Shown: in pieces, positions 24,453 through 37,306 of the stretch
How positions within the stretch are numbered: the stretch's first letter is position 1
Layout of the letters: each line of letters begins with the position of its first letter
The notes under the pieces: generated by a model
What the model was told of the DNA's origin: nothing
Seen by the model: only the letters and a program-made list of their open reading frames with translations
The model's database searches: none
Position numbers and translations under genes: made by a program
Assembly: GCA_040285855.1 (NCBI GenBank)
Contig: JAUFOQ010000004.1
Span: 434,001-498,000 of the forward strand
Length of the DNA: 64,000 nucleotides
From: Eukaryota sp. GEM-RC1
Taxonomy: Eukaryota
Direction: 5' to 3'

Positions 24453-25418
24453 ATGTTGATCATCTCAGTTATCTTGATCAATGCATGCCTATTCTACCAC
24501 ATTGTTCTAGCCAAATGTCGTCCTAACGTGCTTCCTTCATTACACACACAAATAGCTGCAGGCAGCGATTTCCATATTCCCCTAAACTTCACCACGTATC
24601 AGTCTCAATCTCACTGTAAAGGAAGTACCACTCTTGTGACACAACTTAGTGCTGATAGGATATCCCGTTTTGTATTACAAGCGAACTGGTGGTCCTCGAA
24701 TGGTTCTGCTCCCATTGTTGCTAGCATTGCTGTCTTTAATGACGATCAATATGATTACGTACTTAAAACACTTTCTTCAATGAGCCATTCCTGTATTTCT
24801 GTGGCAGTAGTTCCATTGGAGAAGGATTCTAGATTTCCTGTAAACACTTTGCGAAATATTGCATTGTCTTTTGTATCCACCCCGTTTTTATTAAACATTG
24901 ATGTGGACTTGTTGCCATTTCCCAAGGGTGTGGGATCATCGCTCACTGGAATTCCTTCATGTGGATTGATTTTGCCTGCATTTGAACTTCAAAATCTTAT
25001 ACCTGTTCCTCAAACAAAACATGAGCTGAAAGCAATGGTTAATGATGGTTCAATACTTCCCTTCAAGCATCAATGTAAGAACTGTCATGGAATGACTCAG
25101 TTCAAGAAGTGGTTGAACAATGATAAGGATTATGATACAGATTACCAAAGTGTCAATGCTGAACCCTACTTTATCGTGGAAACAAAAGGAGCAGTAAGGT
25201 TTGATGAAAGGTTTTGTTATGGTTATCGTAATCGTGTTTCTAATGTTTATGCATTAAGTAAAAGACTTCGATTCCGTGTGAAAGGTGATGTTTATCTCTT
25301 ACACCTTCCCCATGATTCTCCCTCGTTTCAACATAGGCTTCAACTTGGGTGTCCTGGAATTAACAAATCCCAATTGGTTAAGCTGTGGGAAACGTATCAA
25401 ATGGAGATTAGCAAGTAG
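24453..25418 (+). CDS. Glycosyltransferase family 49 (LARGE/B4GAT1-like), type II membrane protein
   Basis: N-terminal hydrophobic anchor; TLVTQLSADR, FPVNTLRNIAL, the DVD (DxD) motif, LPAFE, EPYFI and FDERF.GY.N. Confidence 0.88.
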   Translation: MLIISVILINACLFYHIVLAKCRPNVLPSLHTQIAAGSDFHIPLNFTTYQSQSHCKGSTTLVTQLSADRISRFVLQANWWSSNGSAPIVASIAVFNDDQYDYVLKTLSSMSHSCISVAVVPLEKDSRFPVNTLRNIALSFVSTPFLLNIDVDLLPFPKGVGSSLTGIPSCGLILPAFELQNLIPVPQTKHELKAMVNDGSILPFKHQCKNCHGMTQFKKWLNNDKDYDTDYQSVNAEPYFIVETKGAVRFDERFCYGYRNRVSNVYALSKRLRFRVKGDVYLLHLPHDSPSFQHRLQLGCPGINKSQLVKLWETYQMEISK

Positions 25419-26151
25419 AATAATATCGAATGAGTTTAGTTTCAGGAGAAATACAATATTTCCGTTTTACTGTCGTATTGACTGTGTATATATCGAAACA
25501 ATGTGGATACACTGCCTGTAAGGATAGAACGCAACTTCTTGTGATATGTTAAATCAAGTCTTTTTACACTTTTCCCTTGATTTCTCAGAACAATTCAAGA
25601 AAAACAATTATAATGCTCCCTTGAAAACTCTCAAAGATACCATTGAATGCATGTTGAATACAAATTTTGTATTTTTGCGATTTCAATTTATGGTCGACTT
25701 GGTAAGGATGCTCAATGTGCATGGATCAACTTTTCTTATTCCGACATATGCTTTCTTAACAGTAGGATTTTTTCTCTCTGATTTTATAAAAGTTGTTTAA
25801 AATAGATTGAACAAGAACTTTGATCATAAGTTTTGGTTGAAAACAATTACTCTCATTAACAACACATCTCTTTTGTCGAAAACAATACAAAATATATGGT
25901 CTCCAAAGCTCTTTCAGCTCTCAGTATTTTCGAAAAAAGGGACTTCTGTGAGTTTCAATGGCAATGAAAGTTGCTTTAATGATATTGAGTTCCGGTTTTA
26001 GTTCTTACCTCACTAGCACTCGGAATTACGTACCTAATGTAAATCCCTTGTTGTACTGCAATTTCAAACCTATCAGTGAGTCACTTCATTCGTCAGTAAA
26101 AAGGACCGAAGAACACCCATAACGCCTATAATATGAAATTGATTTTCTTTG

Positions 26152-29100
26152 ATGCAGTCTGAAGATCTCAGCAATCTTATTGCAGATCTTGATCTAGCAA
26201 ACCTACCCCATGAGCTTCTCTTCAGCTTTACATGTGTGCATTTCTCTGAATCAGAACAAATAGCTCTATCTCAGATCTTTCCAGATGTTGATATCACTAT
26301 TATGCAACAGCTCTCCTCAGCCTTACACAATATCTCTGATGAAGAGTTTCTCTCCACCTTTGTTTCTCAATCAGCTGACCCAATATCTCTAGTTATTTTC
26401 CTCAGCTTCTACATGCAATCGGACCAATCTCTAGCTCTCTACTCCATCAATTCATACTTCACACTACTCTCCATATCTGACGCCTTCCGTGATCGATTCT
26501 GCCATCTCCTCTTTCTTCAAGTCTGTATATCCCAACTCTCCGCCATAATGCCACTTCTTTCACCCTCAGACCTTGACGTGTTCACCTCCACCACTCTCCT
26601 TCTACCTCACGTTCTACCAGCTTTCTATCAAACAGAGACTCTTCTGACCGCCATCTTGTCTTTCTCCTGTCTTGTGGTATCCTTCCCGTTTGATGGTGAT
26701 TATACTACAGTTAAATTACCGAGAGTACTGGGTAATGACGAGTTCGAACTTCAAGAAGTTTGTGCAGTAGGTTTAGATTGTGTATTTAAAATATTCGAGA
26801 AATTTCATGTCGATAACAATGAAGACGATTTTCTTGATAGTTCTCCGTCTTTATTTAATTTTCACGAGTTTTTCCACAAACTTTTCATCTGTTTTCTACC
26901 GTCATTTCTACTATCTACTTCAGAAGTATCGAAAACTCTCCCAAAATCAGTTCTTTCCAATCAATTATCTATCAGTAATCAAATATTTAAAATAGTTTAC
27001 TTTAAATCTTTGAAATTTTCTCATAAAAGCGGCTGCATCAGCCTTAATTAGAACTTTATTATTGAAATGTCCTTCACGGACCGAATGTCGCTCAAATATC
27101 AAAGAAATAATTCTAGATTTTTTAAATTTTCATTTGTGCAATAACGAAGAGGTCTCAATTCTCACTGATTTTCTCCTGTCACTTTCAATGTCTACTTTAG
27201 TAGCAAATCGCTTGACTTCCATAGAAATCATGAGCTCCTTAGTTCCTGTGTTATGTGGAGTGGATGAGTCAATCAATTCTGATTGTGATTACGAGTTCTT
27301 CTTCTCGATTCTTTGTCACGTCATTCCAGTCATTTTTGAGCGTGTCGCTGACGTTTCACCTTATGTTAGGATCAAGGCAATTGCTTTCCTATCTGATCTT
27401 CTCGTATCAATCAATTCCAATCAATCAAACTCACGACTTTCCTCCTTAAAGAGCTCATTTTTCACCCCTGATCTCATTGATTCTCTACTTCTTCGATTAC
27501 ACGACCAGAAACCCATCGTTAGAAAGTCTGTTGTATCTCTAATCCCTCATCTTTATTCCTTTGCTCCTTCGGCTGTCTGTTCAGCTCTACGGACTATGAG
27601 CTTTGATCAATCATCACTCGTTAGAAAGCAAGTCGTGATTGAGATTTGTAACCGATTGAATACGGCAGGTGATGGCGCGTTGATTGATGAGTTCAGTAGG
27701 ATTTATGTTAATAATCTTTTGGGATTAATTGGAGACCCCGAGACTTCAATCAAAAATCAGCTATCAAATTCCTTTTTGAACCTTATTATTGAGCCCATGA
27801 CAAATCAAAATTATTCATACTCTTTAGTTTCAGTATTGTCTTTGATTAGATCTAATCATTTTGATTTGATTAGGGCAATATTTGAATTTCTATTGTCGAT
27901 GAAACAGAAACACCACGTTGATCCCAGAATATTTCTGAATTATCCGGATAATTTAAATTTTGATATTTCTACTGGATCCACTGTTCTTCTTGTTTCCTCC
28001 TCATTATTCTTTCCATTCAGATATGAGTTTGATTTTCTAAAAGAGATCATTGAACGTTTTCCCTCAATCACCCATCATGTTTTTGATTATTTAAAGAAAT
28101 CTCCTTCAACTTTGCCAAAATCAAAGGAATTGGTACCCTTCCTAAAACAAATATTAAAAAATTCTCCTTCCACAGCTCACTCCCATTGCATAATCAAAGG
28201 CCTTGCCTATTCCAACGAGAAGTCGACAGAAGTTTTCTTAAATCAGCTACTTGAACAGCTCACAGTACATTTCATTGAAACAATTGAATCTCGTTTCTCT
28301 GAGAGTAGTGATCCTGACTGCCGTGTTGACGTGCATTTTCTCTCTAATCAACTCTTCATTATTGGGGAGCTTTCCATCTTCATTCCCTTTTCCAAACAGT
28401 TGCTCTCCAGTTTAACTTCAACAATCCACGGCTTGTTGACCCCATCGTGTCCTTTGAATTCCACTAAGCTCAACGCTTTTGCAGTGATCACTTTAGGCAA
28501 ACTGATGACGATATCGGAGTCAATCGCGAAGAAATCAATCACGTTGATGTGTGCTCTACTTGGCACAATCACTAATTCAATTGATCCCATTCCTATTTCT
28601 GATTCAGTCGTAAGAGTCAACATCCTAGTCGTTCTAACCAACATTTGCCAACGATTTCCTTCAATTGTCGATTCTAGACTGCCAATCATCACAAAATGTC
28701 TCTCTGATCCCTGTCATGACGTTTCCAAAGCAGCTCTTTCCTTAATCGCTGTTGGATTGAAGGAAGACTATCTCAAGCTAAGACCACCCCTCTACTTCCG
28801 TGTTTTGTTTGCTTGTTCCGTTGAGTCTCTTGGAGGGATCGCTAGAGCAGTCGTTCAAACTACTGTATGTAATAGACCTCAGAGAAAGGGAATGTTGGTG
28901 GCTTGTTTTGAGGAAAGTCTGTTTGTTTTGAGTGGGAATAGAGCGCATCCGACGTTCAATCAGTTTCCGCAATCAAATGATGAGTTGATGGCTTTTGATT
29001 TGAGTGGAGTTGGAAATGCAGCTCGGAGAAGAGTTGTCTACTCAGTTGTTCTCCAGGCTTGTTCTGACGTGGATAAGTTCAATATAGCAAACAAAGTCGT

Positions 29101-29896
29101 TGATCTTCTTTCAATCATTGTTGATGGTGATCTGAAGGTCATTGATTGCTATGACGTGATCTCTGATTGCTTTGCGATTCTAGCGTCACGTGAAGTTCGC
29201 CTTGCCTCAATCAACGACCTGCAACCATCAGAATCCAAAAACGAAGAAGACTTAATCAATGACGAATCTAAGATTGAACAGGCCAGTAAGAAACTTTTAT
29301 CTTCCCTGGAACGAAGGAATCTTGCTGAGAGAATTGTCCCTACTCTAGCTGGTTTGAGGCTAGTTTTAGGTAGAGAACAGAGTCCACTACTGGGAGAACT
29401 TTTCTCTTGTGTTCATATTCTCTTAGATGAGTTCAAAAATGACTTGGAAATGGTGTTAGCAGCTGATCCAGACTTTGCTGCTGAAGTGATGGCTGAGAGA
29501 AGTACGGAATTGGAAAGTGCTCACGTCACTCCAGGTCGAAGATCACTCAGAGCCCCTTCATCAAACGTGACACCTGCCGTTCTGTCAACTGCAATGTCTC
29601 GTGTTGCTGCGTCTTCCATTGCTGCATCTTCTATCAAAAGAAGAATTGATAATAGTGTGAGAGCAACTCCCCTAAGGGAAGTCAATGGAACGCCAGCTCC
29701 TTTAGAAACTCCTAGACTAAGAACCAATGTTAAGTCTCGATTAGCCATAGATTCTGATGATGATTTAGTTGACCTTGAAGAAGAGCTCAGTGTGAGTGTA
29801 GTTACGGAGTCTAAGACTAAGAAAAAGATAGCTAAAGGAAAGACTCGGGGAAGATCTAAGACGAGAAGTAGCAAACCGAAAAAAGGTAAGAAGTAA
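26152..29896 (+). CDS. NCAPD3: Condensin II HEAT subunit CAP-D3 (frameshift in the A-run at ~27025)
   Basis: DQKPIVRKS, SSLVRKQ, AFAVITLGKL, VRVNILVVL..IC.RF...VD, LKEDYLKLR, HP.FNQF; basic C-terminal tail. Confidence 0.85.
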
Positions 29897-30059
29897 TTTA
29901 TTTAAACTTTTAATTGATGCTGTATTTTATAAAGGAAGGTCTTTGTTTGTAGTTATTAATTAGTGTTGGTAAACAAAAAGTGGCTAAGTGTCGTGAGCTA
30001 CTGTACAGCATTTATTCAAATTGTGATTAATGAATATCTTGAATGTAATTCTGACACAA

Positions 30060-30369
30060 TGATCAAGCTGAATTCCAATTTGTATTCTTCTTTTAAGTTC
30101 ATTCCTTTTGCTATTTCAATTCTTGGTAATATTGGATTTGCTGCTGAAAATTTCTTTGATGCCTTTTCAAAGTTGTGCCGTGATCATAGGAAAAATTTTA
30201 ATCAGTCTCTTTGGCGTAATCGCATTGTGTTTTCCTTATATAGAAGTTTCCCAAAGTATTTGAATCGTATTCTGGACAAATTGTATCGTGGTAGTTCAAG
30301 AGTAGATGTGGATCATTTAATATCTTTTAAGTACTAGTTGTTTGTATTTCGTTAATTTATAACATAAAA
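30060..30369 (+). pseudogene. CRE-like retrotransposon 3' end with 3' UTR
   Basis: FKFIPFAISILGNIG..AENFF...WRNRIVFSLYRS, homologous to the other copies. Confidence 0.75.
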
Positions 30370-30721
30370 TACACATCTTGAATGTAAATTACAGCATATG
30401 CATTACATCATCTGAGTGTGGCTAATTCACCGTGAACTCCAACTATCGTGACGATATAGGATGTTGTGGCTAAAGATTATTGTATTGAAAGTACACATGT
30501 CCCAAGATGATCGCTTTTACATAGATGACATTGACTCTTGGAAACAAAACAACCAGTGTAGCCGTTGTCAATGTAAACAGTTATCATCATAGAACTAATT
30601 CAAGAACATTATGGAATCGATAAGTTTATAAGTGTATACAGTACAAAGTATCTTGTTTCTCAATCCAAATTTAGTGATTGAAGGCGGAAAGAATTTCTTC
30701 ATCATTTCTCTTTCCACTATT

Positions 30722-33700
30722 ATGAAACCCTTATTTGTGTTATGCATATTGATTGCTGTTGCTTTCGGTATGTGCTTCTGTGTGACTCATTGCAGCCAAC
30801 ATCGATTTCAACTTTGATGATATTGATGACCCGGTACCGCCTCCTCCCCAGGAGATCCTTGACATCATAGACTACAGTCTTAGCTTCCCCTCACTTCGCC
30901 TGTTCGGCTCTATGGGCGGAGCATTTGTCCGTACCCTCCGTTCCCTTCCGCGACGCGCGTTCTTTGACCCTGATGCTATAGCAGATGGCCGCTTTGTTTG
31001 GGACCCTCAAACAGCCGAAGCCGGCTTTCATCCCCTCAATGACAACTCTACCCCCGATTTCCTCTACTTGTCTGGTGTTGCCTCTATTGCCGTAGTCCCT
31101 GTTTCCCTCTTCGTGTTCTTCTATCTATGGCTCGTGGGCTACATCGTCTTCTACCTTCTTAAAGTCACCACCTGTTGCTTCTGTTGTGGGTGCCGCTGTT
31201 GCTGCTCTCCCAAGAAGAAGGTCAAGCACGACGCTTCGATTTTCTGGCGCGGTCTCTTCTTCTCCTTCATCCTCCTCATCTTCTTTGCCTTCATTTGTGC
31301 CTACTCTGGTAACATGATTCAACATGAAGGTGTAATGAAAGTTGCCAAGTCACCCTCATCTCTCGACTCTCTTGTTGAAGTCACTGCTTCAGTCTCAAAA
31401 GAAGGTGTTGTGGTAGCTCGTGAAGCCCTGGACATTGCGTCTCAGTTTAATGTCACTATCTGGGAACTTCTACCTGCCACTGACAGAGTTCTCGATGGAT
31501 TTAACTGTATTGCTGAAAATCTGTTATTACTGCCAAATGCTTCGTTTTTAATAACAGAAGTGTCTAAAGTGAACTTAATCAAGGAGAATCTTCCTGATAC
31601 GGATGCTCTTTATGCTGAAATTGCTAAGGTTTATGATGTGAAAGCTGATGTAGAAGGTTATCTTTCAGATCTTCGATTGTACGTTGTTCAAACTAATCAA
31701 GCTTTAGAAGAAATTACTTTTGAGAAACTTATGGAATTGAAGGAAGTTGTTGATGATACTGAAGTGTTTGCTGTCAATGTTCGCGGTGACGTTTCTTCAT
31801 TGAAGACTGTCGTTGTCTCTGTTAATGATGAGCTGATTAAGATTCCTGACCTCGAAGGAGAAGATGGATTAATTGACGCTCTTACTAAGATTATTGACTC
31901 ATCTAACACCTTAACTCCTCTTTTAGAAAACCTTGCTGGTCCTGATGGTAGATTGACCTCTTCTGCTGAGTTTGTTGGTGATGTGACTGCTTTGCTGGCA
32001 TCTGACGAGGACACCAGTCACGTTGGTCTAGTTGAAGCTCTTGGACATTATTCTGATAGTATTGTTGTTATTACTGGAACCTCTACAGAGAAGAGAGATC
32101 ATTTAAAGGACACTGATACTATATCTACCGAAGCTGAACGTACCGCCCTCATTAATCATTTGAATTCTATTAATATTGGTGTAAATGATTGGAAAGATCC
32201 TAATGAAGTAGAGTCTGATGTTAATACTCTCGGAGGACTTGTAGATGTCTCAAATCTCCCTGATTTTGGAGCAATCAAAGACGATTTGATTGCAATCAAT
32301 GATGTGCTTGATATCATCTCTCCTGCCTTTATCGACTCAATCACTGGCGATTTGACCACAATGGGTGACGTCATGACTGAATTAAAGAACCTCATTCCCA
32401 GTCTAAAATCAGGAATCCAAAGTACCAATCAAACTCTTGGAACTGCTCCAGATTTGGAAGGTCTTCGAACTCGAGTAGATGACATTAAAACTGCTATTGA
32501 TTTACTTCCTGATATGCCTGTACTAGCTCAAATGGTACGTGATTTGAACATTTCACTCCTCAATTTACCTGACTTTGGCCCTGAATCTGTGTTTAGAATG
32601 GAATTAGCTAAGTTAGACACTGTTTTTGATCTCATGCCTGACTTTGATGGTATTATTAATGCCTCTAGAAGAATCAATCACGTTGTTGACATGCTTGATT
32701 GCCTTGCTGATTTTGTCTTGATGATTCAAGAAGTTGACCGTGATATTATTGACCTTCCCCCAATGATTACTGACATTCTTGACATGTTGAACTCTACAAT
32801 TGAGCATTTTGATGGTGATCTTTTAGATTCTCTTAATGATACTATTTCTCAAATTGAGGATTTAGATACCGAAAAGCCAGATATCAGTGATATTCTTACT
32901 GATTTGGATAACATTGTCGATTCTATTGAATCTCTACCTGATTTGATGGAACTTGCTGACGATGTTGAAGAAATTGGCGCTAAAGTCGATGATTTACCCG
33001 ATTTAGATGACGTTGACCAAAAGATTCATGATATTATTGACAAATTAAACAACCTTCCTGATTTCGATGAACTTCTTAAAGATATTGATCAATTACATGC
33101 TGATCTTAATTCTGCTCCTGACATTAGTGCAGTCATTGCTGATCTTCAATCTCTTAGAACTAGTGTTGACGATATTGATCGTCAGTTAATCCTTGATGCT
33201 ATTGAAGAATTAGGTAACTTAGAAAGCACAACCTGGCCTTCAGTTGATACTACCTCTGATGATTTTGATAAGATCTCCGATTTCCAGACTGCTTGGTCTG
33301 CTGGTTATAGCACTTGTAGAGCTCATTTAGAATCCTGTGATGATACTTGTGACGGAAACGGTTTCGCTTGCGAGGCTATTTCTGACGCTATTGATGGATT
33401 TGATCAAATCAACGCACAGTATATCTCTGATCTTGCTACTGATGCTGATTCCGCCCTCACTGATTTGGAAAAGTTCCAGACCTTAACCAAGCTAACTCTG
33501 ACCTGGTTAAGGTTCAAGATAGTTTGAATGATGTTGATGTTGGTGATCAAAAGGATTCTCTAAGTGACATTGCTACCTCTGTTAATAGTCTTGACTTGGA
33601 CGATGTTATTACTAAAGTTGATGATGCTATTACAGCTATTGACAACCGTCCTGATATGAGTGATTTGAGTCAAAAGATTGTTGATTTAGCCGATGAGATT

Positions 33701-34941
33701 GAAGATATCTTTGACATTGACTCTTTAACTGAAGATATTGACACGTTTGCTGACTCTCTTGATAATTTACCTACTCAAACGGAAATGGAAAGTGATATCT
33801 CTGAGATTGATGATTTAGCTAATGATTTACCCGACGTTGAGTCAATTCTGGATGCCCTTGATCAATTGACGAGCTCCAATCAATGCTTGGAGATGACCCT
33901 GAAAGTACTCTTGATGGATTTAGAGATCAAATCAACGAGTATTACGTTGATGGATGGAAACTGGTCAATGAATACTTTGATTTAGCTAACGACTACTTAG
34001 ATACTGGAGATGAACTTATTGATCAATCAGCTGATTTCTGGGATCGTATTAAGACTGGTAACATTACTTTGTGGCAAGAAATAGTTAAACAAGGAGATTA
34101 CGCGAGAGTTGCATTAATGACGCTTCCTTTCGTCTTTATTATTGTGGGAATTATCATTGGTATTCTGTCAATAACTATATGTAAGTTCAACTGTTGCTTC
34201 TCTATGTTCAACATTTGCATGATTACGGGAGCTATGCTTCTTGCTTTAACCGCTATTCCCTTCACTGTAATGTCAGTTGGATTTGGTGATGCTTGCTCAG
34301 CTTGGAATGACGGATTGTTAATGGAATATATTCCCTCATCAAAACTCAATTTCACTGTTCTCCCTGATGCTCCTTCTTTGGTAATCAACACGTCATCAGT
34401 TGCCGAATACTATCTTTTCTGTGAAGAAGGTGCCAAACCAATCGATATAGGGTATAATCAAGTTGTTGACTTTGCTCTCGATGAGTACTACTTTGATCAA
34501 CTTGATTCGTCCTTTGAATTAATGGAAAACTATTCAATTTCAGTTAATTCTCTTCGTGAAGGACCAAGAGAACACGTTGAAGATTTAACCATCTTTGTAG
34601 ACGATCGTCTTCGAGCTTTTGTTTATTCATTATACCAAGAACTTGCTGCTTGTTCAGTCTATGATCCTGCTGTCAATGTTTTTTCTTCTTCTCTATGTAC
34701 TAACTTTGTTGATGGATGGGGTTTGTATGCATTAGGTTGTATACTAACATGCATCTTTTCGTTTGTTGCTATTTGTTCTGGTTGTTGCTGTGCTTCTCCT
34801 AAGTATAAGAAGAAGGGTAAGACCTACAAACCTGAGGATAACAGTAATGTAGAACTCCAACCAATGGTGTTCCAACCCCAGCTCACTAATGTTGCCTTCC
34901 AACTTGCACCTGTAAAGAATTCATCAATTTTGCCCCAATAA
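30722..34941 (+). CDS. Giant five-TM prominin/Tweety-like surface protein, paralogue 1 (28-nt intron 30768-30795; frameshifts at ~33470 and ~33865)
   Basis: Signal peptide, TM1, CCFCCGCRCCC loop, TM2, ~900-aa acidic helical ectodomain with (L/I)PD repeats, TM3-TM4, GDAC loop, LCTNFVDGW, TM5 and a Cys-rich tail. Each frameshift is resolved by alignment with paralogue 2. Confidence 0.8.
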
Positions 34942-35027
34942 TCGTATTGTACAGTTTTTTTGGTTATAAATCCTGTTTATTTTTCTTCTACATACACCAT
35001 TAGGTGTCAACGCATCAAAAGTACGTA

Positions 35028-35108
35028 CAGTCTTTTTTTTGGTTTAGTTTAGTGCCGACCTCGGTTTAGTGCTGATCCAAACAGTGGCACTAAACCAAGG
35101 GAAGACTG
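35028..35108. mobile_element. 81-bp Tc1/mariner-type MITE
   Basis: TA-CAGTCTT...TTGGTTTAGT and ACTAAACCAAGGGAAGACTG-TA form imperfect TIRs; internal GGTTTAGTG repeats. Confidence 0.6.
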
Positions 35109-35260
35109 TACATTAATTTACCAGCCAATTTAGTGTTGTACCAATCTCACGGCAAATAGTGTACAGTCAGACCCTAGATATAGTGTACTCATTTTGGTAC
35201 AAACTATATCTATTTTCTGAAAAGAAGACCTATAAGTCACTGCTGCTAGTACGATAAAAA

Positions 35261-35973
35261 TTACATTATTTTATGGACAATGTGTTTACTGAACCCTTTT
35301 ACAATCAACATAAACCAATAGATGTTCAATCCTGAGAATACCAAATAGGAAGGACCAATAAATCCAATAGATTTTGATAGGAGAGGTGCAGGCCAATCAG
35401 CAATGATAATCCAGAGTAACAAGACAACAGTACCTAACCTCAACAAAATCCAACACAAAGCCAGAGTTATACCATTAACTACGAAGGCTCGCGAGTTTTT
35501 CAAATGAGGAAAACTGCAGAGGAAATAGTGGACATACAAGGGGAGATTAGCCCCCTCAGAGATGTACATCACTATTGGGAAATACAGGGACTTTGTGGAG
35601 TAAACAATGGGCCAACCTAGCAGGATAATGGCGTGGTGGACAAAAAGATTGTTTGAAATACATGGCGACGATAGTATATCATGAAGCAGAGGTCAAACAG
35701 AAAGTATCCAACACTCAGATTAAAGAGCGGCGTCTGTGGGGGGAAGAAGTCATCGTAATCAGTAGGACGTTCTGAGGTGAAGAAAACGTAAGAACTGAGG
35801 AGAAAGACAAAGAGAGCATGGACAAACGCAACCGAGCGTGACTGTATTCCTTTAAGACGAGAAAAGGGCAATTGGTTGAACATTGCTATTCTTTTGGTAA
35901 TACCATGGGCAATGAAACAGATACAGAAGCAGATGACAAAACCAATAGAAGTGCCAGTTAACCAGTGCATCAT
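35261..35973 (-). CDS. TLC-domain (TRAM/LAG1/CLN8, TLCD-like) membrane protein; frameshift at ~35657
   Basis: SRSVAFVHA, SVGYFLFDL, FVHHA (after the frameshift), SEGANLPL, and LNIYWF. Confidence 0.8.
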
Positions 35974-36408
35974 TGCAAGATGCACTGAAAATTAGTAGAT
36001 TAGTATTCTCTGACTTTTCACACAGACAGAGTGTGAATCGTATCAAGTTGGCATGTATCAACATCTAAAAGTGAGTATCACTTAGAGCGGAGTCAAGAAG
36101 ATTGACATAGTAATTTGTCATAGACATATCCTTTATTTACTACAGTGAATCTGTAGTATCCTTCGGGGGATTCGTATGACCAGCTACACGATCATCTGAA
36201 AAGAATTTGAAGGGCTCAAATGTCGACTGCAGAATTCTGTGGAAGTGATGTTTTGTCTGGAATTTTGTTTCGTCTTTCATCGCGGTCTAAAATTGGATTC
36301 ATGTCCTGGAATTGAGCAGTTCCATGTTTGAGTGAAGCATTGTTTTATGACATTTTTTGAGATATATATTTAAATTCCTTGCAGAGCAGTGGAAATCTTG
36401 TAAATTAT

Positions 36409-37306
36409 TAGGGTTGCAAATCACTAGAGATTAGATTATACAAGTCAATTTACTGTTTGTAAGCACATTTGTTCAATCATTCACCTTGACTGAGTAAATT
36501 GAGAAATCGAAGATGACAGATCACATTTCAAGTCGAGGTCAGTGATGTACAAAAAATAGCGTACCGTACACTATTTGCCGTACACTACCGTGAAATACGG
36601 TACGGCACTGTACTCGGTATCCGTAAAATACGGTAAATGTAAAAATACGGAAATTATTTACGGTAAATGTTGCCGTAGTGAGAATATAAAATACTCTTTT
36701 TCATGCCCCGTAAATTGAAACTCAGAGCATTCTTGATCATTTTGATCAGATCTGTAACAACTGCGCCGATCTCTGTTGCCCTAGTACTTAAAAGAAGAGA
36801 ATTGACTGGGTCGGATACATGACAAGAGCTGAAATACTTAGAAGCTGGTACAGCCTTATTGTTTTTATTAATCAAATGTGATAATCCTGCTAAGACAACT
36901 TGAAAAACCGTATTATGTTGATCATCGTCATCGTTTGAAGTGGAGGCTTTTAAGACGTCAACTTTTTCTTCTCTACATAGAAACTGATGGACACTGTTGA
37001 AACGGTTCTGCATGCAATTCATTCAGGGAATATTAACATACGGATTCTGATTAGTTATGGATCACTGTTGTGATCTATATTTGCTCTTAGTTTTTGTAGT
37101 TTCAATTATAAAAATATTTTTCCGTATTTCGCGTATTCTCACTTCGTTTTAAACTTGCCGTAAAATACGGAAACTGTAAAAATACGGAAATAATTTACGG
37201 CAAACTTACAAAGGTACCGTATTTACGGCTACTATTTTTGTACATCACTGGTCGAGGTCTTCAAATGAATTGACCTGACCTTTTTCCCGCCATCTAAACA
37301 ACCCTA
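36409..37306. mobile_element. Older hAT-like MITE (TAGGGTTG termini, GACCT family) that hosts the nested element at 36540-37250
   Basis: TAGGGTTG...CAACCCTA ends; flanks TAAATTAT/TAATATAT (6 of 8 match); 37255-37280 is the near reverse complement of the start of the element at 63151. Confidence 0.55.
36540..37250. mobile_element. Non-autonomous hAT element, 711 bp
   Basis: 16-bp TIR CAGTGATGTACAAAAA; perfect 8-bp TSD GTCGAGGT; TACGG/CCGTA subterminal repeats. Confidence 0.92.

Noticed and set aside
25546..26001. Two short ORFs between the GT49 gene and CAP-D3
   Set aside because: No motif and low complexity; cannot be supported as a gene.
35985..36064. Upstream exon and intron for the TLC gene
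   Set aside because: The candidate intron lacks the GT(A/T)(A/T)G donor and the -7 branch spacing seen in the supported introns; ATG 35973 is sufficient.
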